Shown here one piece after another: positions 12,135 to 26,430 of a DNA stretch of 64,000 nucleotides; within the stretch, counting starts at the first letter, position 1; every line of letters begins with the position of its first letter. Under the pieces are notes generated by a model. That model made no database searches. It was not told the DNA's origin and saw only the letters and a list, made by a program, of their open reading frames with translations. This DNA is from Camelus ferus (lineage: Eukaryota): assembly GCF_009834535.1 (NCBI RefSeq), contig NC_045696.1, positions 61,940,001 through 62,004,000 of the forward strand, read 5' to 3'. Both the position numbers and the translations under genes were made by a program.

Positions 12135-15100
12135 AAAAATTTTAATATTATATGAATACTTCAAATATATAGAAAAGTAAAGAAAATAATACATACACAG
12201 ACCCACCATCCACTTTTATCAGGTATTACTATTTTACCTGATAGCTTAGAAATTTAAAAAACCTTAACATTGAAATATTAACATTCTATATTTTATCCCC
12301 CTCTCCACAGGTGTACACTATAGTTTGATGCTCATTTGCAGACGTAATATTTCTTTATCCCTTATTTCCTAAAAACAATGACATCTCTTACATAGCTACA
12401 GTATAATTTCAGTTGATTACCTAGTATCCTTTACTGCAAAAGAAAAAAAAAATTTCTTGGTCCAGAATCCAATCCAGGCTTACATATTGCATTTAGTTGT
12501 AATGTCTCTTTAGTCTCTGTCAATCTGACATAGTTCTTTAGTCTTTGTCCTTTATGATTTTGATATTTTTGAAGAGTACAGAACTTTTTTTTTTTTAAAT
12601 GAGTATGTCTCAATCTGGGTTTGCCTGATGTTTCCCATCAGATGGCAGGATATACATTTTGGGCAAGAATACCACAGAAGTGATGCTGTATCCTTCTTAC
12701 ATCACATCAGGAAGCATATGATGTCCATTTGTCCCATTACTAGCAATGTTAATTTTGATCACTTGTTAAAGGTTTTGTCTGCTGGATTTCGCCACCATAA
12801 GATTACTATTTTCCCTTCGTAACTGGTAAGTATTTTGGGGAAGGATATGTTGAAGCTACATAAATATCCTTCTTCTTATCAGATATTAATTCACTAATTA
12901 ATTTTAGCACACACTGATGATTCTTGCCTGAAACAATCATGGTGGTCATCAAGAGAGATTTCCTAATTCATCATTCCTTCTAATTTTATTAGTAGACATT
13001 CTAATAAGGTAAGGCAAAGCTTTCCCTTCTAACCATTTATTTATTTATTCATATATTTATTTATACCATTATGGACTCTTGGATTCTTATTCTCCATGTT
13101 ATAATCAGTTATTATCATCATTTATTTTAATATTCAAATTATCCCAGACTTGGCCACTGGGGGACTTTATAGATTGGCTTTGGTGTCTTTTTGACATATT
13201 TTTATCATTCTTTAAGCCCTTCCCTAGTTTTCTGGCATAACAAAATGTTATAGGTCCATCTTGTACTGTCCCAATGGGATGAGCCATCACTCCAGCGAGT
13301 TCTGAATCTTTTTAATGAAGGATGGTATTTAAAGGCCAAGATACAGGCACTAGATATTCTCACTATTTACTGAGGAGTCATCATTTGTAGACCTTTTTTG
13401 TGGACAGAGCAAGAAAACATATGCACCTATTTCTATCCTATCTATATTAAGATGCATGGATTTATATTCATATCTCTAATTCCAATCCAATTATCACAGT
13501 TTATTCTACCATATCCCCTTTGACATTTCTAAAATCTCTTTTTTGACAGTGAGAAACCTACTCCCATTGTCAATGTATTAATTTGCTCAACTCTGAAACA
13601 CACATTAGTTTCAGACCTGTTAGCTCCTGCCACTCTGAAAAACCTAATTAGAGTTCAGTATTTATTCACAGGTTTTCTGTCTAGTCTATCTTTAAGGATT
13701 ACTGAGATTAAGACTAATCCTCTCCCTTCCCCTCTTCAATGCAGTTATTTGAAAATTAATGTGGAAAAAACTATTTGAAATGCAGTTAGATTAGATTTAC
13801 TGTTTGTATATCATTCAGACTAGACTAGACTAATTAATTTACTGTTGGTGTATCATTTAGCTTTTCCCTCATCCTTTCTATTTTTTGAATATACAAAATG
13901 TTAATATAGTTCTAAAAATAAAAATTATATAAAAAGGTATATTTGGAGAAATGCCACACTTCCATCCCTTCTACCTTATCCCCAATCTCCCGTACTTTCT
14001 ACTCCTCCCTCTGTAGGTGACCAATCTCATTTGTTTCTGATCTATCACTTTTATATCTTATTTTTGTAGGGATTGTGTATTTATATCTTTTGTTCATTTT
14101 CTATTAGATTTTTGGTCTCTGTTCCCTTAATTCTTAAGGGTTCTTTATATTTCAGGAATATCAGCCCTTTGCAAATTTTTCTGTCAGCTGTTTTTTAACA
14201 TTGGTAGTGGTATTTTCTAATAGTTTTTGGAAAAGTTTTTTTGGCCAAGCAAAGGCCTTTTTCTTCCATGTGTTCAAATTTGTCAATCTTTTATTGCATC
14301 TGAATTTTGATTCATGGTTAAAAAACTTTCCCCACACCCAAGTTATGTTTTCTTCTGTCAATTGTATTAGAGCCAATTTTTGTGTATGGTATGAAGTATG
14401 GTTCTTTTTTTTTTTTTTTTTTCATTGTCACATTTTTTTCTCTGTGAGTTATCATAACATTTTGTGTATATTCCCTGTGCTATACAGTGTAATCTTGTTT
14501 ATCTATTCTACAATTTTGAAATCCCAGTCTATCCCTTCCCACCCTCCACCCCCCGGTAACCACAAGTCTGTATTCTCTGTCTGTGAGTCTATTTCTGTCA
14601 TGTATTTACGCTTTGTTTTTGTTTGCTTGTTTTTGTTTTTGTTTTTTAGATTCCACATATAAGCGATCTCATATGGTATTTTTCTTTCTCTTTCTGGCTT
14701 ACTTCACTTAGAATGACATTCTCCAGGAGCATCCATGTTGCTGCAAATGGCATTATGTTGTCGGTTTTTATGGTGGGAATGCAGTTTGGTGCAGCCACTA
14801 TGGAAAACAGTGTGGAGATTCCTCAAAAGACTAGGAATAGACTTACCATATGACCCAAGAATCCCACTCCTGGGCTTGTATCCAGAAGGAAATCTACTTC
14901 AGGATGACACCTGCACCCCAATGTTCATAGCAGCACTATTTACAATAGCCAAAACATGGAAACAGCCTAAATGTCCATCAACAGGTGACTGGATAAAGTA
15001 TGGTTCTAATTTATCTTTTCTCCAGTTGTTTCAGCATTATTAAAAGCCCTAGTGATTTGAGATTGTACATTTATCATATACTGTATTTTCATATACATTT

Positions 15101-16700
15101 GGGTCTTTCCTGGATTCTTTTTTTTATTCTGCTGGCTTGTTTGTCCCATTCATGGGCCTGTAGCACATTGTTTTAATTAAGAAAACTTTATAGTATGCTT
15201 TAATATCCGGTAGGGCTAGAATCTCTTGTAGCCTTTCCTTTTGCATTGTCCTGCTTCTCATATGAACTTCAATTTGACTTGTCTAAACCCATAAAAAGCT
15301 GGCAGTTATTTTTATCAGGAGTCTGTTCATATATAAACTAGCTTAGATAGGACTGGCAGCTTTACAATGCTGAATTGTCACAGCTAAGAGCAAGGAGTGT
15401 CTCTCAATTTGTTCAAGTATAGTATTTTGTCTTTCAGGAGTGTTTTACAGATTTCCTTATGTAAGCCTGAATATTTCTTACTAGGTTTATTAAGTATTTT
15501 ATTTTCTATTTCTTATATTATAAATGAGGTTTTCTCTATCATTAACTTCTAACTGGCTGTTTTTCATATAAATGAAAGCTATTAATCTCTGCGTATTAAT
15601 TTTATATGCTGCCTGACTCTAGCTTTTTGTTTTATGTCTTTGATTTTATAAAAGTCTTTAATTTTATAATGAATTTGTATTTTAAAAAATAAATTTTATA
15701 ATAGTTTTTTTTTATGGTTTCCAGGTATACTACATTATCTGGAAACAGAGATAGGTAAATTTTACTTCTTTCCCTATTCTGCCTCTAACTGATTTCTACT
15801 GTCTAACAGCATTGACTAATATCTTGAGCAGCAGTAGTAGAGGTAATGGACATCTTTGCCTTGTTCCTCATCATAATGGAACTGCTTCAATGTTTCTCCC
15901 ATTAAGGATTTAAAATGAATTATATTTATCCATCCATTCATCTCAATCTCTCTCTTTCTCTTTAAAAAATAACAACAATCTCTGTATTTTTGAGTCTTTT
16001 CCCCCTGAGAAAGGTACTGAATTTTATCAAAAGCTTTTGAGGCGTCTACGCACATGTAACTTTTCTCTTTAGATCTGTTAATGTGGTAGATTATATTAGT
16101 GGATTTCCGCATATTAAGCTGACTTTAAATTCCTTTAATCCCATTTGGTCATGGTGTATTATTTTTGCAATGTGGTATTGGATTCTGTTTATTAAAATAT
16201 TTAACACTTTTGTATTAATATTTATAAGTGATATTGGTCTATAATTTTCGCTGTTTTCGACGGGTTTAGATATCAATATTAGACTTGCTTTATAAAGTGA
16301 ATGCTCTTGAGCAGTATTTATGGAGCTTCAAGATGATCTAACCTTTCAAGATTTGGTAGAGTTCCCCCATGGAGTTATCTGGGCCTGGTCCTTCTTTTGG
16401 GATAGTTCCTTGGTAACTTGCTCCATTTCTTCTAAAGATTTCTTCTTCTATAGAAATCTTTCCATTTCTAATAGGTCAATTTTGGTAAACTGTATTTTTC
16501 TAGGAAATTATCCATCTCAACCAAGTTTTGAATTTTATTTATATAAAGATATACAATGTAGTCTTTTACGATTTCATAATATTTCAACGGTTATGTCCCG
16601 TCATTTCCTGTGTTTATTATCTGTGACTTTCCCTTAAAAAAATCAGATCAGCTAGTAGTTTGTCTATTATGTTATTTCTTTTTAAATCTTCTGTTTTTCT
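12135..16700 (-). mobile_element. Old L1 (L1MC/MD-like) 3'UTR plus ORF2, host of a younger L1 insertion
   Basis: track ORFs 16091..16276 ([16 protein letters not shown]) and 15816..16112 (DASKAFDKIQ) are degraded L1 RT pieces. Confidence 0.8.
14406..14995 (-). mobile_element. Young 5'-inverted (twin-primed) L1 insertion with 12-bp TSD
   Basis: poly(T) tail from 14406; minus-sense 3' end to ~14770; plus-sense ORF2 C-terminal piece 14771-14995 ([14 protein letters not shown]...CTPMFIAALFTIAKTWKQPKCPS); TSD aagtatggttct at 14394-14405 and 14996-15007. Confidence 0.93.
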
Positions 16701-16859
16701 ATTCTCTACCTTAATACCTTAAAAAATCTTATTTTACTAATTGTTATTATTATAAAGAATATGTGCAAGTGACAAAAACTTAAGTAGTTGAGAAAACATA
16801 TAAAGTTAAAAGTGTAAGTTTTGTTTTCCCCCAAAGCACAAGGAGGACTATCAGTTAAA

Positions 16860-19060
16860 ACAAACAAACGAACAAACAGCTTGATTAAGCATAAATGACA
16901 TACAATAAACTGCAGGTATTTTAAGTATACAATTTGCTAAGTTTTGACATGTATGTACACCTTCAAATCATGACCATAATCAACATACTAAATACATCCA
17001 TCACTCCCAAGTTTCATGCCTCTCTGAAACCTCTCCTTCCCTCCTCACCAACCACTAGTCTGCTTTTTGTTACTATAGATCAGTTTGAAATTTCTAAAAC
17101 CTTACATAAATACAATAATTCAATGTGTAGTCCTTTATTATCTGGCTTCTTTCACTTAGCATAACTACTCTGGGATTCATCTATGTTGTTGTGTATATCA
17201 ATAATTTATTACTTTTTAATGTTGAATAGTATTCCATTACATGACTATATCACACTTTGTTTATCCATTCATCAGTTGAGGGACATTTGAGTTGCTTCCA
17301 GTTTCTGCCCATTATAAATAGATCTGTTATGACTATTTATGTACAAGTCTTTCTATGGACATATGTTTTCTTTTCTCCTATTTCTGTCAAAACTTGGTAA
17401 TGATCAGTTTAAAAAAACTTAGCCATTCCAATGGGTATGTAGTGGCTCCTCATTATGGTTTCAATCTGCATTTATCTAATGACTGTGTTCAGTTAATTTT
17501 TCATCCGTTTATTGGCCATTTGTATATCTTCTTTACGGAAATGTCTTTTCAAATCTTTTGTCCATTTAAAAATTGGGTTGTCTTTAGTACTGTGTTGAAA
17601 GAGTTCTTTACATATTCTAGATACAAGTCTTTTACAAAATATATGGTTTGAAAATATTTTCTCCTAGTATATAGCTAGTCTTTTTATTCCCCTAACAGTG
17701 CTTTTCTCCCCCCAAGAGCAGAAGTTCGAACTTTGGTGAAGTCCAATATACCATTTTTTCTTTTTTTGGTCAGATTTCTAAGTATTTAATATTTTTAATG
17801 ATACTATAATATTTTTCAAAATTTCATTTTGTGATTAGTCTAAGTATACAGAAATACAACTGGTTTTTGTATATTGATCAATACTGTATCCTTTAATCTT
17901 GCTAAATGTATTTATTTGTAATAGTAGCATTTTTCTGGGTAGATTTTATCAGATATTTTACATAGACAATCATGTTGTCTGCAAATAAAGACAATTTTAC
18001 TTCTTCCTTTTAATCTTGATGACTTTTATTTCTTTTTCTTGCCTTACTGCACTGGCTAGGACCTCTATTATAATACTGAAAACAAGTGGTGAGAGTGGAT
18101 ATCCTTGATGTGTTTCTGATTTAAGGGGAAAAACATGGAGGTTTTTAAAAATAATTAAGTATGATGATACATGTAGGGTTTTTGGAATGTTATTTATGAG
18201 TCTGAGGAAGTTCTTTTCCATTCCTAGTTTGCAGAAAGTTTTAGTCAAAAATGGATGTTGGATTTTGTCAAATGCTTTTCCTAAACTATGGAGATAATCA
18301 TATGGTTTTCCTTTTTTACTTCAGTATCATCAGTTACACTGACTGATTTTCTCATGCTTAAATTTACCTTACAGTCATTGGATAAATCCTACTTGGTGGT
18401 CATGACATATTATCTTTTTAAATGTTGTTAGATCCAACTCATGAAAATTTTGTTTAGAAATTTTGACCTATGTTCATCAGGGAAATTGGTCTGCAGTTTT
18501 TTGGTAATGTGTTGTCAGGTTTTGAAATCTAGGTAATGCTGGACTCAGAAAAAAACTGTAAAGTACTCCCTCCTTTTAAATTTTATGGTAGAAAAAGGGC
18601 ATTATTTCTTCCTTAAGTGTCTGGTAGAATTTATTAGTGAAGCCATCTGGGTCTAGAGTTTTCTTTGTGGAAAGGTTTTTAAACACAAATCAATTTCTTT
18701 ACTAAATATAGGGCTATTCAAATAATCTATTTCTTTGTGAATGAGCTTAAGTAGTTTATATCTTTCAAGGAATCCTTTTCACCTAAATTGTTGAACTCAG
18801 TGGTATAAAGTTGTCTCTCAATTTCAGACTTTCCTTTAAATATTTGTAGATTCTGTAACCTCTCTCATTCCTGATATTGGTAATTTCTATCATCACTTGT
18901 TTTTTTCTCATCAGGCTGGTTAAAGGCTTATCAAGGACTCTGAGATCTTCTCAAAGAACCATTTTTTGGTTTCACTGATTTCATCTATTATTTTCCTGTT
19001 TTCTTTTTTATTAGTTTCCTCTCTGATCTTCATTGTTTTCTTCCTTCTGCTTACCACATA
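16860..19060 (-). mobile_element. L1 (L1MB/L1MC-like) 3' end plus ORF2 fragments
   Basis: antisense 3' end at 16860; ORF 17997..18248 contains QGYPLSPLVF..EVLASAVRQEKEIK RT motif. Confidence 0.85.
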
Positions 19061-19322
19061 ATTTCCACTTTTATGTGTATTGTGTCCTTCCTTTATCTTT
19101 TTCTAGCCTTTTACACTAGGGATTTAGTTTATCTATTTCCATTCATTTTTGTTTGGAAATGTTCTTAAGGCTATGAAATTTCCTCTGATCATTGTTTTAA
19201 ATATATCCCATGGATTCTGATATGTACTATTTTCATTATTATTTTTAAGAAATTCTATAATTTCATCTTCCATTTTCTCTTTCACATATGAGTTAAGAAG
19301 TTGTTTTAAATTTTCCAGTTGG

Positions 19323-22300
19323 GAAAGAGATTAGCCAAGATGGTGGAGTAGAAAGACCCTGAGCTCACCTCTCATGAGCACATCAAAATCACAACTATCT
19401 GCAGAACATTGATGAAAAAGATCAGAACCTACCAGAAAAGATCTACAAGTGAAGTCATAAAGAAGGAACCACGAGATGGGTAGGAGGGGCAGACTCATGA
19501 TATAATCAAGTCCCACACCCCTGAATGGGAAACGCATAAACTAGAGAATAATTTTATCATAGAGGTTCTCCCACAGGAGTGAGAGTTCTGAGCCTGCTTG
19601 GCTCCCAGTCTAGGGGTTGTGCACCGGGAGGATGAGTTCCTAGAGCATTTGGTTCTGAAGGTCAGTGGAGCTTAATTTTGTGAGTCCCAAGGGACTGGGG
19701 GAAAATAGAGACTTCACTTTAAAGGGCAAACACAAAATCTCACATACATCAGGACCCAGGGCAGAAGCAGTAATCTGATAAGAGCCTGGGCCAGACCTAC
19801 CTGCTGGTCTTGGAGAGTCTCCCGGAGAGGTGGGAAGTTGACTACTGCTCAGCCTGGGGACACACACACTGGTGGCAGACACACTTGGGAGTTTTCTACT
19901 GTATGGACACTGGCGTGAGTAGTCATTATAGGTGGGCTCCTCCCTCTAGCTCATTACCACCAAGAGATGGCCTCACCCAACAACCTACAGATACCTAGGT
20001 TGGGAAGCCTCAGGCCAAACAACTAACTAGGTGGGGAAGAGCTGCACCCATCAGCAGACCACCTGTCTAAAGACTTCCTGAGCCCACAGTCACCTCTAGA
20101 CATGGCCCTGCCCACCAGAGGGCCAAGACCCAGCTTCACCCACCAATAAGTAGGCACTGACCCTGCCCTCCAGAAGTCTGCACTAGCTTCTAGATCAGCC
20201 TCACCCACCAGGAGGCAGACACCAGACACAAGAAAACCACAGTCCTGCAGACTACAGACCCAGCCTGCCCACAGCAGGCCAGACCTTGCCCGTGGACCAG
20301 CTGGGCCCTGACACTGCCCACTAGCAGGCCAAAACATGATTCGGGACAACACAAGCTTGGACCTCGTACCCAACTGTGTCAGAAACTGTACCTCCCAACT
20401 CCCCTACAGTGATCTGACACCACCTCTAGGATCCCTGGGCTTTGCAGCTGGACTTTAGGACCCAGCTCTGCCTGCTAGTAGTCTGGCACTAACCCTGGGA
20501 TCTGGCTTCATTCTCCAGTGGGTGGGCAACAGCCTCAAGTCTTTTGGACCCTAACTCTACCCCCAATGAGCCACCATAAGCCCCAGGGGGCTTCCTGAAG
20601 TTCTGCAGTCAGGTACCTTGAGACGAGGCCCCACTAACCAGCAGCTGACAGCCTCAGCACAGCAGAGGGCCTAGCAACTAACTGGACTAGGGGCTAACTA
20701 AGCCTACTCAGCTGCACAAGTAGTTAGCCTGCCACATTAGAAGGACCTAATACCCACCACAAGGGAACCCCCTAGAGCATATAGTTTGGGTGAGAGGGAG
20801 TATGCTGTTGGGATGCACAGAACATCTCCTACAGAGGGCCACTTCTCTAAGGTCGGGTAATATAACTAATCTACCAGATATATAAAAATACAAATAGCAA
20901 TTTAGACAAAATGAGGCAGTAGAAGAACATGTTGCAGACAAAGGAACAAGATAAAAATCCCAGAAGAAGAATTAAGTGAAGTGGAGATAGGTAATCAACC
21001 CAAGAAAGAATTCAGGGTAATGATTGTAAAGATGATTAAAGAACTCAGGAGAAGAATGGATGCACAGAATGAGATGTTCAAAGTTTTAACAAAGAGTTAA
21101 AAAATATAAAGAACAACCAGACAGAGATGAAGAATACAATAACTGAAATGAAAAATACACTAGAAGGAATGAAGGGGTCCCAGAAGAAGAAGAGAGAGAA
21201 AGGGGCTAAGTACATGTTTGAAGACATAATAGTTGAAAACTTCCTTAACCTGGGAAAGAAAACAGTCACCTAAGTCTAGGAAGTGTAGAGTCCCACACAG
21301 AATTAATCCAAACAGGAACATACCAAGACACAGTGTTAATTAAAAGAACAAACATTAACGATAAAGATAAAGTATTAAAAGAAGCAAGGGAAAAGAAACA
21401 AATAACATGCAAGGGTATGCCCATAAGACTATCAGCTGACTTTTTAAGCAGCAATTCTGCAGGCCAGAAGGAAGTAATGTAATATACTTAAAGTGATGAA
21501 AGAGAAAAAACTACAACCAAGAATATTTTACCTAGCAAAGATCTTGTTCAGATTTGATGGAGAAATCAAAAGCTTTACAGACAAGCAAAAGCTAAAAGAA
21601 TTCAGCACCACCAAACCAGCTTTATTTATTTTTAAAATTTTTTGGGGTGGGGGAAGTGGGAGGATGATTAGGTTTGTTTATCTTAATAGAGGTACTGGGG
21701 ATTGAACCAAGGACCTCATGCATGCTAAGCATGCACTCTACCCCGAGCCATACCGCCACTGCCCCCCAACCCCCAAAGTAGCTTTACAACAAATGTTAAA
21801 GAAACTTCTCTAGCGGAAAAGAAAAGGCCACAACTAGAAACAAGAAAACTACAGGAGGAAAAAGCTCACTGGTAAAGGCAAACACACAGTAAAGACAGGA
21901 AATCATCCACACACAAAACTAGCTGGGAAATTAGAAGACAAAAGTAGTAAAATCATTTGTAGCCACAATAAGTAGTTATGGATTATACAAAACAATTAGA
22001 TGTAAAATATGGTATCAAAAACAGTAATCATGAGGGGAAGAGAGAACAAATGCACTGAAAATGCATTTGAAATGAAGAAAGACCAGTAACTTACAAGAAT
22101 CATATATACAGACTGCTATACAAAAGCCTCATGGTAACCACAAACCAAAAATCTATTATAGATGTACACACATACACACACACGAAAGGAATCCAAATGT
22201 AACACTAAAGATAGATAGTCATCAAATCACAAGAGAACAAAAGAGGAAAAAGGGGGAAAAAAAGACCTATAGAAACAACCAAAAGCAATTAACAAACTGG

Positions 22301-25300
22301 CAATGAGAACATACATAGTGACAATTACCTTAAATGTAAATGGACTGAACACTGGAATCAAAAGACAGAGTGGATGAATGGATACAAAAACATGACTTGT
22401 ACATACACTGCCTACAAGAGACTCACTTCAGGTCTAAACACACACAGACTGAAAGTGATGGGATGAAAAAGGTATTCCATGCAAATGGAAATCAAAATAA
22501 AGCGAGTAGCAATACTTACATCAGATAAAATAGACTTTAAAGACTGTTACAAGAGACAAAGGACTAATGATCAAGGAGCAAATCCAAGAAGATACAACAA
22601 CTGTACATAAATATGCACCCAACATAGGAGCACCTAGATATATAAGGCCAATTTTAAGAAGATAAAAGGAGAAATAGACAGTAACACAACAGTAGTAGAG
22701 AACTTTATCACCCCACTTACATCCAGACATAAAATCAATAAGGAAACACTGGCCTTAAATGACACAACAGATCAGATGAACTTAAATGCTATATATAGAG
22801 CATTCCATCTGAAAGCAGAATATACATTCTTTTCAAGGGCACGTGGAACATTCTCTAGGAGAGATTACATGCTCGAACGCAAGGCATGCCTTGGTAAATT
22901 TAAGAAACCTGAAATCATATCATGCATTTTTTCTTCCAACCACAATGCTATGATACTAGAAGTCAATTATAAGAAAAAAACTAAAAAACACAAACATATG
23001 GAGGCTAAACAATATTCTACTAAAGACCCAATGGATGACTGAAGGAATCAATGAGGAAATAAAAAATACCTAGAGAGAAATGAAAACGAAAACATGACAA
23101 TCCAAAGCCTTTGGGATGCAGCAAAAACAGTTCTAAGAGGGAAGTTTATAGTGATACAAACTTACCTCAGGAAAAGAGAAAAATCTCAAATAAACAATCT
23201 AACCTTACATCTAAAGGAAACAGGAAAAAAAAAAAAACAACCAAAGTCAGTAGAATGAAAGCAATAATAAAGATCAGAGCAGAAATAAATGAAAGAGACT
23301 AAAAAAATCCAAAAAACCCCCCAAAAACCCAAAACAAAAAATAAACCAAAAGAAAAAAAAAAAGAAAGGTCAATGAAACTAAAAGCTGGTTCTTTGAAAA
23401 GATTAACAAAATCAATAAACTTTAAGGTAGACTCATAAAAAAAATAAAGGGAGAGGGTCCAAATCAATAAAATCTGAAATGAAAAAGAAGTTACAATTGA
23501 CACCACAGAAATACAACAGATCATAAGAGACTACCACAAGCAACTATACACCAATAAAATAGTCAACCTGGAAGAAACAAATTCTTTGAAAGGTACAATC
23601 CCCCAAGACTGAAATAGGAATAGAAAGTATGAACAGACCAATTACTAGTAATAAAATGGAATGAGTAATTAAAAAACTCTCAACAAACAAAAGTCTAGGA
23701 CCAGATGGCTTCACAGATGAATTCTACCAAATATTCAGAGAAGAGTTAAATACTTATCTGTCTCAAACTATTCCAAAAGACTGCAGAGGAAGGAATGCCT
23801 TTCAACTCATTCTATGAGGCCAACATCACCCTGATACCAAAACCAGACAAACATATCACTAGCAAAGAAAATTACAAGCCAGTATCACTGATTAACATAC
23901 ATGCAAAAATCCTCAAAAAAATATTAGCAAACTGAACCCAACAATACATTAAATGGATCATACACCATGATCAAGTGAGATTTATCCCAGGAATGCAAGG
24001 ATTTTTCATACCCACAAATCAATCAATGTGATACACCACATTAACAAATTGAAGAATAAAAACTGTATTATCATCTCAGAAGATGCAGAAAAAGCTTTTT
24101 ATAAAATTCAACATCCATTGACGATAAACTCTCCAGAAAGTGGGCACAGAGAGAACTTACCTCAACGTAATAAAGGCCAAATATGACAAACCCATAGCTA
24201 ACATTACACTCAGTGGTGAAAAGCTGAAAGCCTTTCCTTTAAGATCAGTAACTAGACAAGGATGCCTACTCTCACCACTTTATTCAATATATAGTATTGG
24301 AAGTCCTATGCACAACAATCAGACAAGAAAAAAAAAATCAATCCTAATTGGAATGGAAGAAGTAAAATTGCTACTGTCTGCAGATGACATGATACTGTAC
24401 ACAGAAAAATCCTAAAGACACCACCAGAAAACTACTAAAGCTCATCAATGAGTTTGGTAAAGTTGCAGAATTTAAAATTTACACACAGAAATGTGCTGCA
24501 TTTCTACACACTAACAATGAACTATCAGGAAGAGCTATTAAGGAAATAATCCCATTTACCACTGCATCAAAAAGAATAAAATACTGAGGAATAAACCTTC
24601 CTAAGGAGGTAAAAGACCTTTTGGAGGAGGTACTCCAAAAGTTATAAGACACTGATGAAAGAAACTGAAGATGACACTAACAGATGGAAAGATATACCAT
24701 GTTCTTGGATTGGAAGAATTAATATTGCTAAAATTCAAGGTAATCTACAGATTGAATGCAAGCCCTATTAAAATGCCAACTGTATTTTTCACACAATTAG
24801 AACAAATAATTTAAAAATTTGTGTGGAAACACAAAAGGCCCTGAATAGCCAAAATAATTTTGAGAAACAACAAAGCTGGAGGAATCATGGTCCCTGACTT
24901 CAGACTATACTACAAAGCTACCATAATCAAAATAATACGGTGCTGACACAAAAACAGACACACAGATCAATGGAATAGAATAGAGAGAGCTCAGAAATAA
25001 ACCTATGCACTTATGGTCAATTAATCTATGACAAAGGAGGCAAGAATATATAATGAAGAAAAGACAATCTCTTCAACAGTTGGTGCTGGGAAAAGTGGAC
25101 AGCTACATGTAAAGAATGAAATTAGAACATTCTCTAACACCACATACAAAAATAAACTTAGAATGGATTGAAGACCTAAGTATAAGACTGGAATTCATAA
25201 AACTCTTAGTGGAAAATAAAGGCAGCATACTCTTTGACATAAGTTGTAGCAATTTTTTTTTGGATCTGTCTCCTAAAGCAAAGGAAATAAAAGCAAAAAT

Positions 25301-25935
25301 AAACAAACAGGACCTAATTAAACAAAAAAGCTTTTGCACAGCAAAGGAAATCATCGACAAAATGAAATGACAACCTACTGAGTGGGAGAAAATATTTGCA
25401 AATGATACAACTGATAAGGAGTTAATATCCAACATATATAAACAGCTCATACAACTTACCATCAAATTAAAAAAAACCCATTTAAAAAATGGGCAAGAGA
25501 TTGAACAGACATTTTTCAATAGAGGAAATGCAGTCAGCCAATAGGCACATGAAAAATGCTCAACACTGTTAATTATCAGGGAAATGCAAATCAAAACCAT
25601 GAGATAACACCTCACACCTGTCAGAATGCCTATTATCAAAAAGAGCACAAATAACATGTTGGCAAGGATATGGACAAAATGGAATTCTCATACACTGTTG
25701 GTGGGAATGTAAACTGGTGCAGTCACTATGGAAAACAGCATGGAGGTTTCTCAAAAAACTAAAAATAGAACTACCATATGATCCAGTAATTCCACTCCTG
25801 GGTATATACCTGAAAAAACAAAAGCACTAATTCAAGAAAGACAGATGCACCCCAATTTTCACAGCAGTATTATTTACAGTTGCCAAGATGCGGAAGCAAC
25901 CTAAATGTTCATCAACAGATGAATGGATAAAGAAG

Positions 25936-25968
<33 letters not shown>

Positions 25969-26430
25969 AACACAATGGAATACTACTCAGACACAAAAAT
26001 GAAATTTTCCCACTTGTAGTGACATGGATGGACTTGGAGGGTATTACGTTAAGTGGAATAAATCAGACAGAAAAAGACAAATACTATATGACATCACTGA
26101 TAAGTGGAATCTAAAAAATACAACAGACTAGTTAATACAATACAATAAAATACAATAAAAAAGCAGACTCACAGATACAGAGAATAAACTAGTGATGACC
26201 AGTGGGGAGAGGGAAGTAGGGAGGGGCAATGCAGGGATAGGGAAGTAAGAGGTACAAACTATCATGTATAAAATAAGCTATAAGGATATATTGTACAATC
26301 TGGGACATACAGCCAATATTTATAATAACTATAAATGGAGTATAACTTTTAAAACCTGTGAATCACTATATTGTACACTTGTAACTTACAGAATACTGTA
26401 TATCAATTATACTTCAATATAAATAAATAA
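19323..26430 (+). mobile_element. Full-length (~7.1 kb) inactivated LINE-1: 5'UTR, ORF1 (~20910-21813), ORF2 (~22303-26114), 3'UTR
   Basis: 5' caagatgg-ggagtag start, ORF1 piece (KKLQPRIFYLAKILFRFDGEIKSF), EN/RT pieces (RQGCLLSPL, ADDMILY), A-rich tail, TSD ttttccagttgg at 19311-19322 and 26433-26444; many frameshifts. Confidence 0.95.
21625..21772 (-). mobile_element. tRNA-Ala-derived SINE (Vic-1-like) inserted in L1 ORF1
   Basis: reverse complement of ggtatggctc..gtagagtgcatgcttagcatgcatgaggtcc..ggttcaatccccagtacctc; imperfect TSD ccaaa(cc/gt)agcttta at 21611-21624 and 21773-21786. Confidence 0.88.

Noticed and set aside
14201..15043. ORFs of 153 and 102 aa
   Set aside because: Chimeric read-through across the L1 insertion and its inversion junction
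25103..25657. Longest track ORF (184 aa, minus)
   Set aside because: Antisense reading of decayed L1 ORF2; no independent gene evidence
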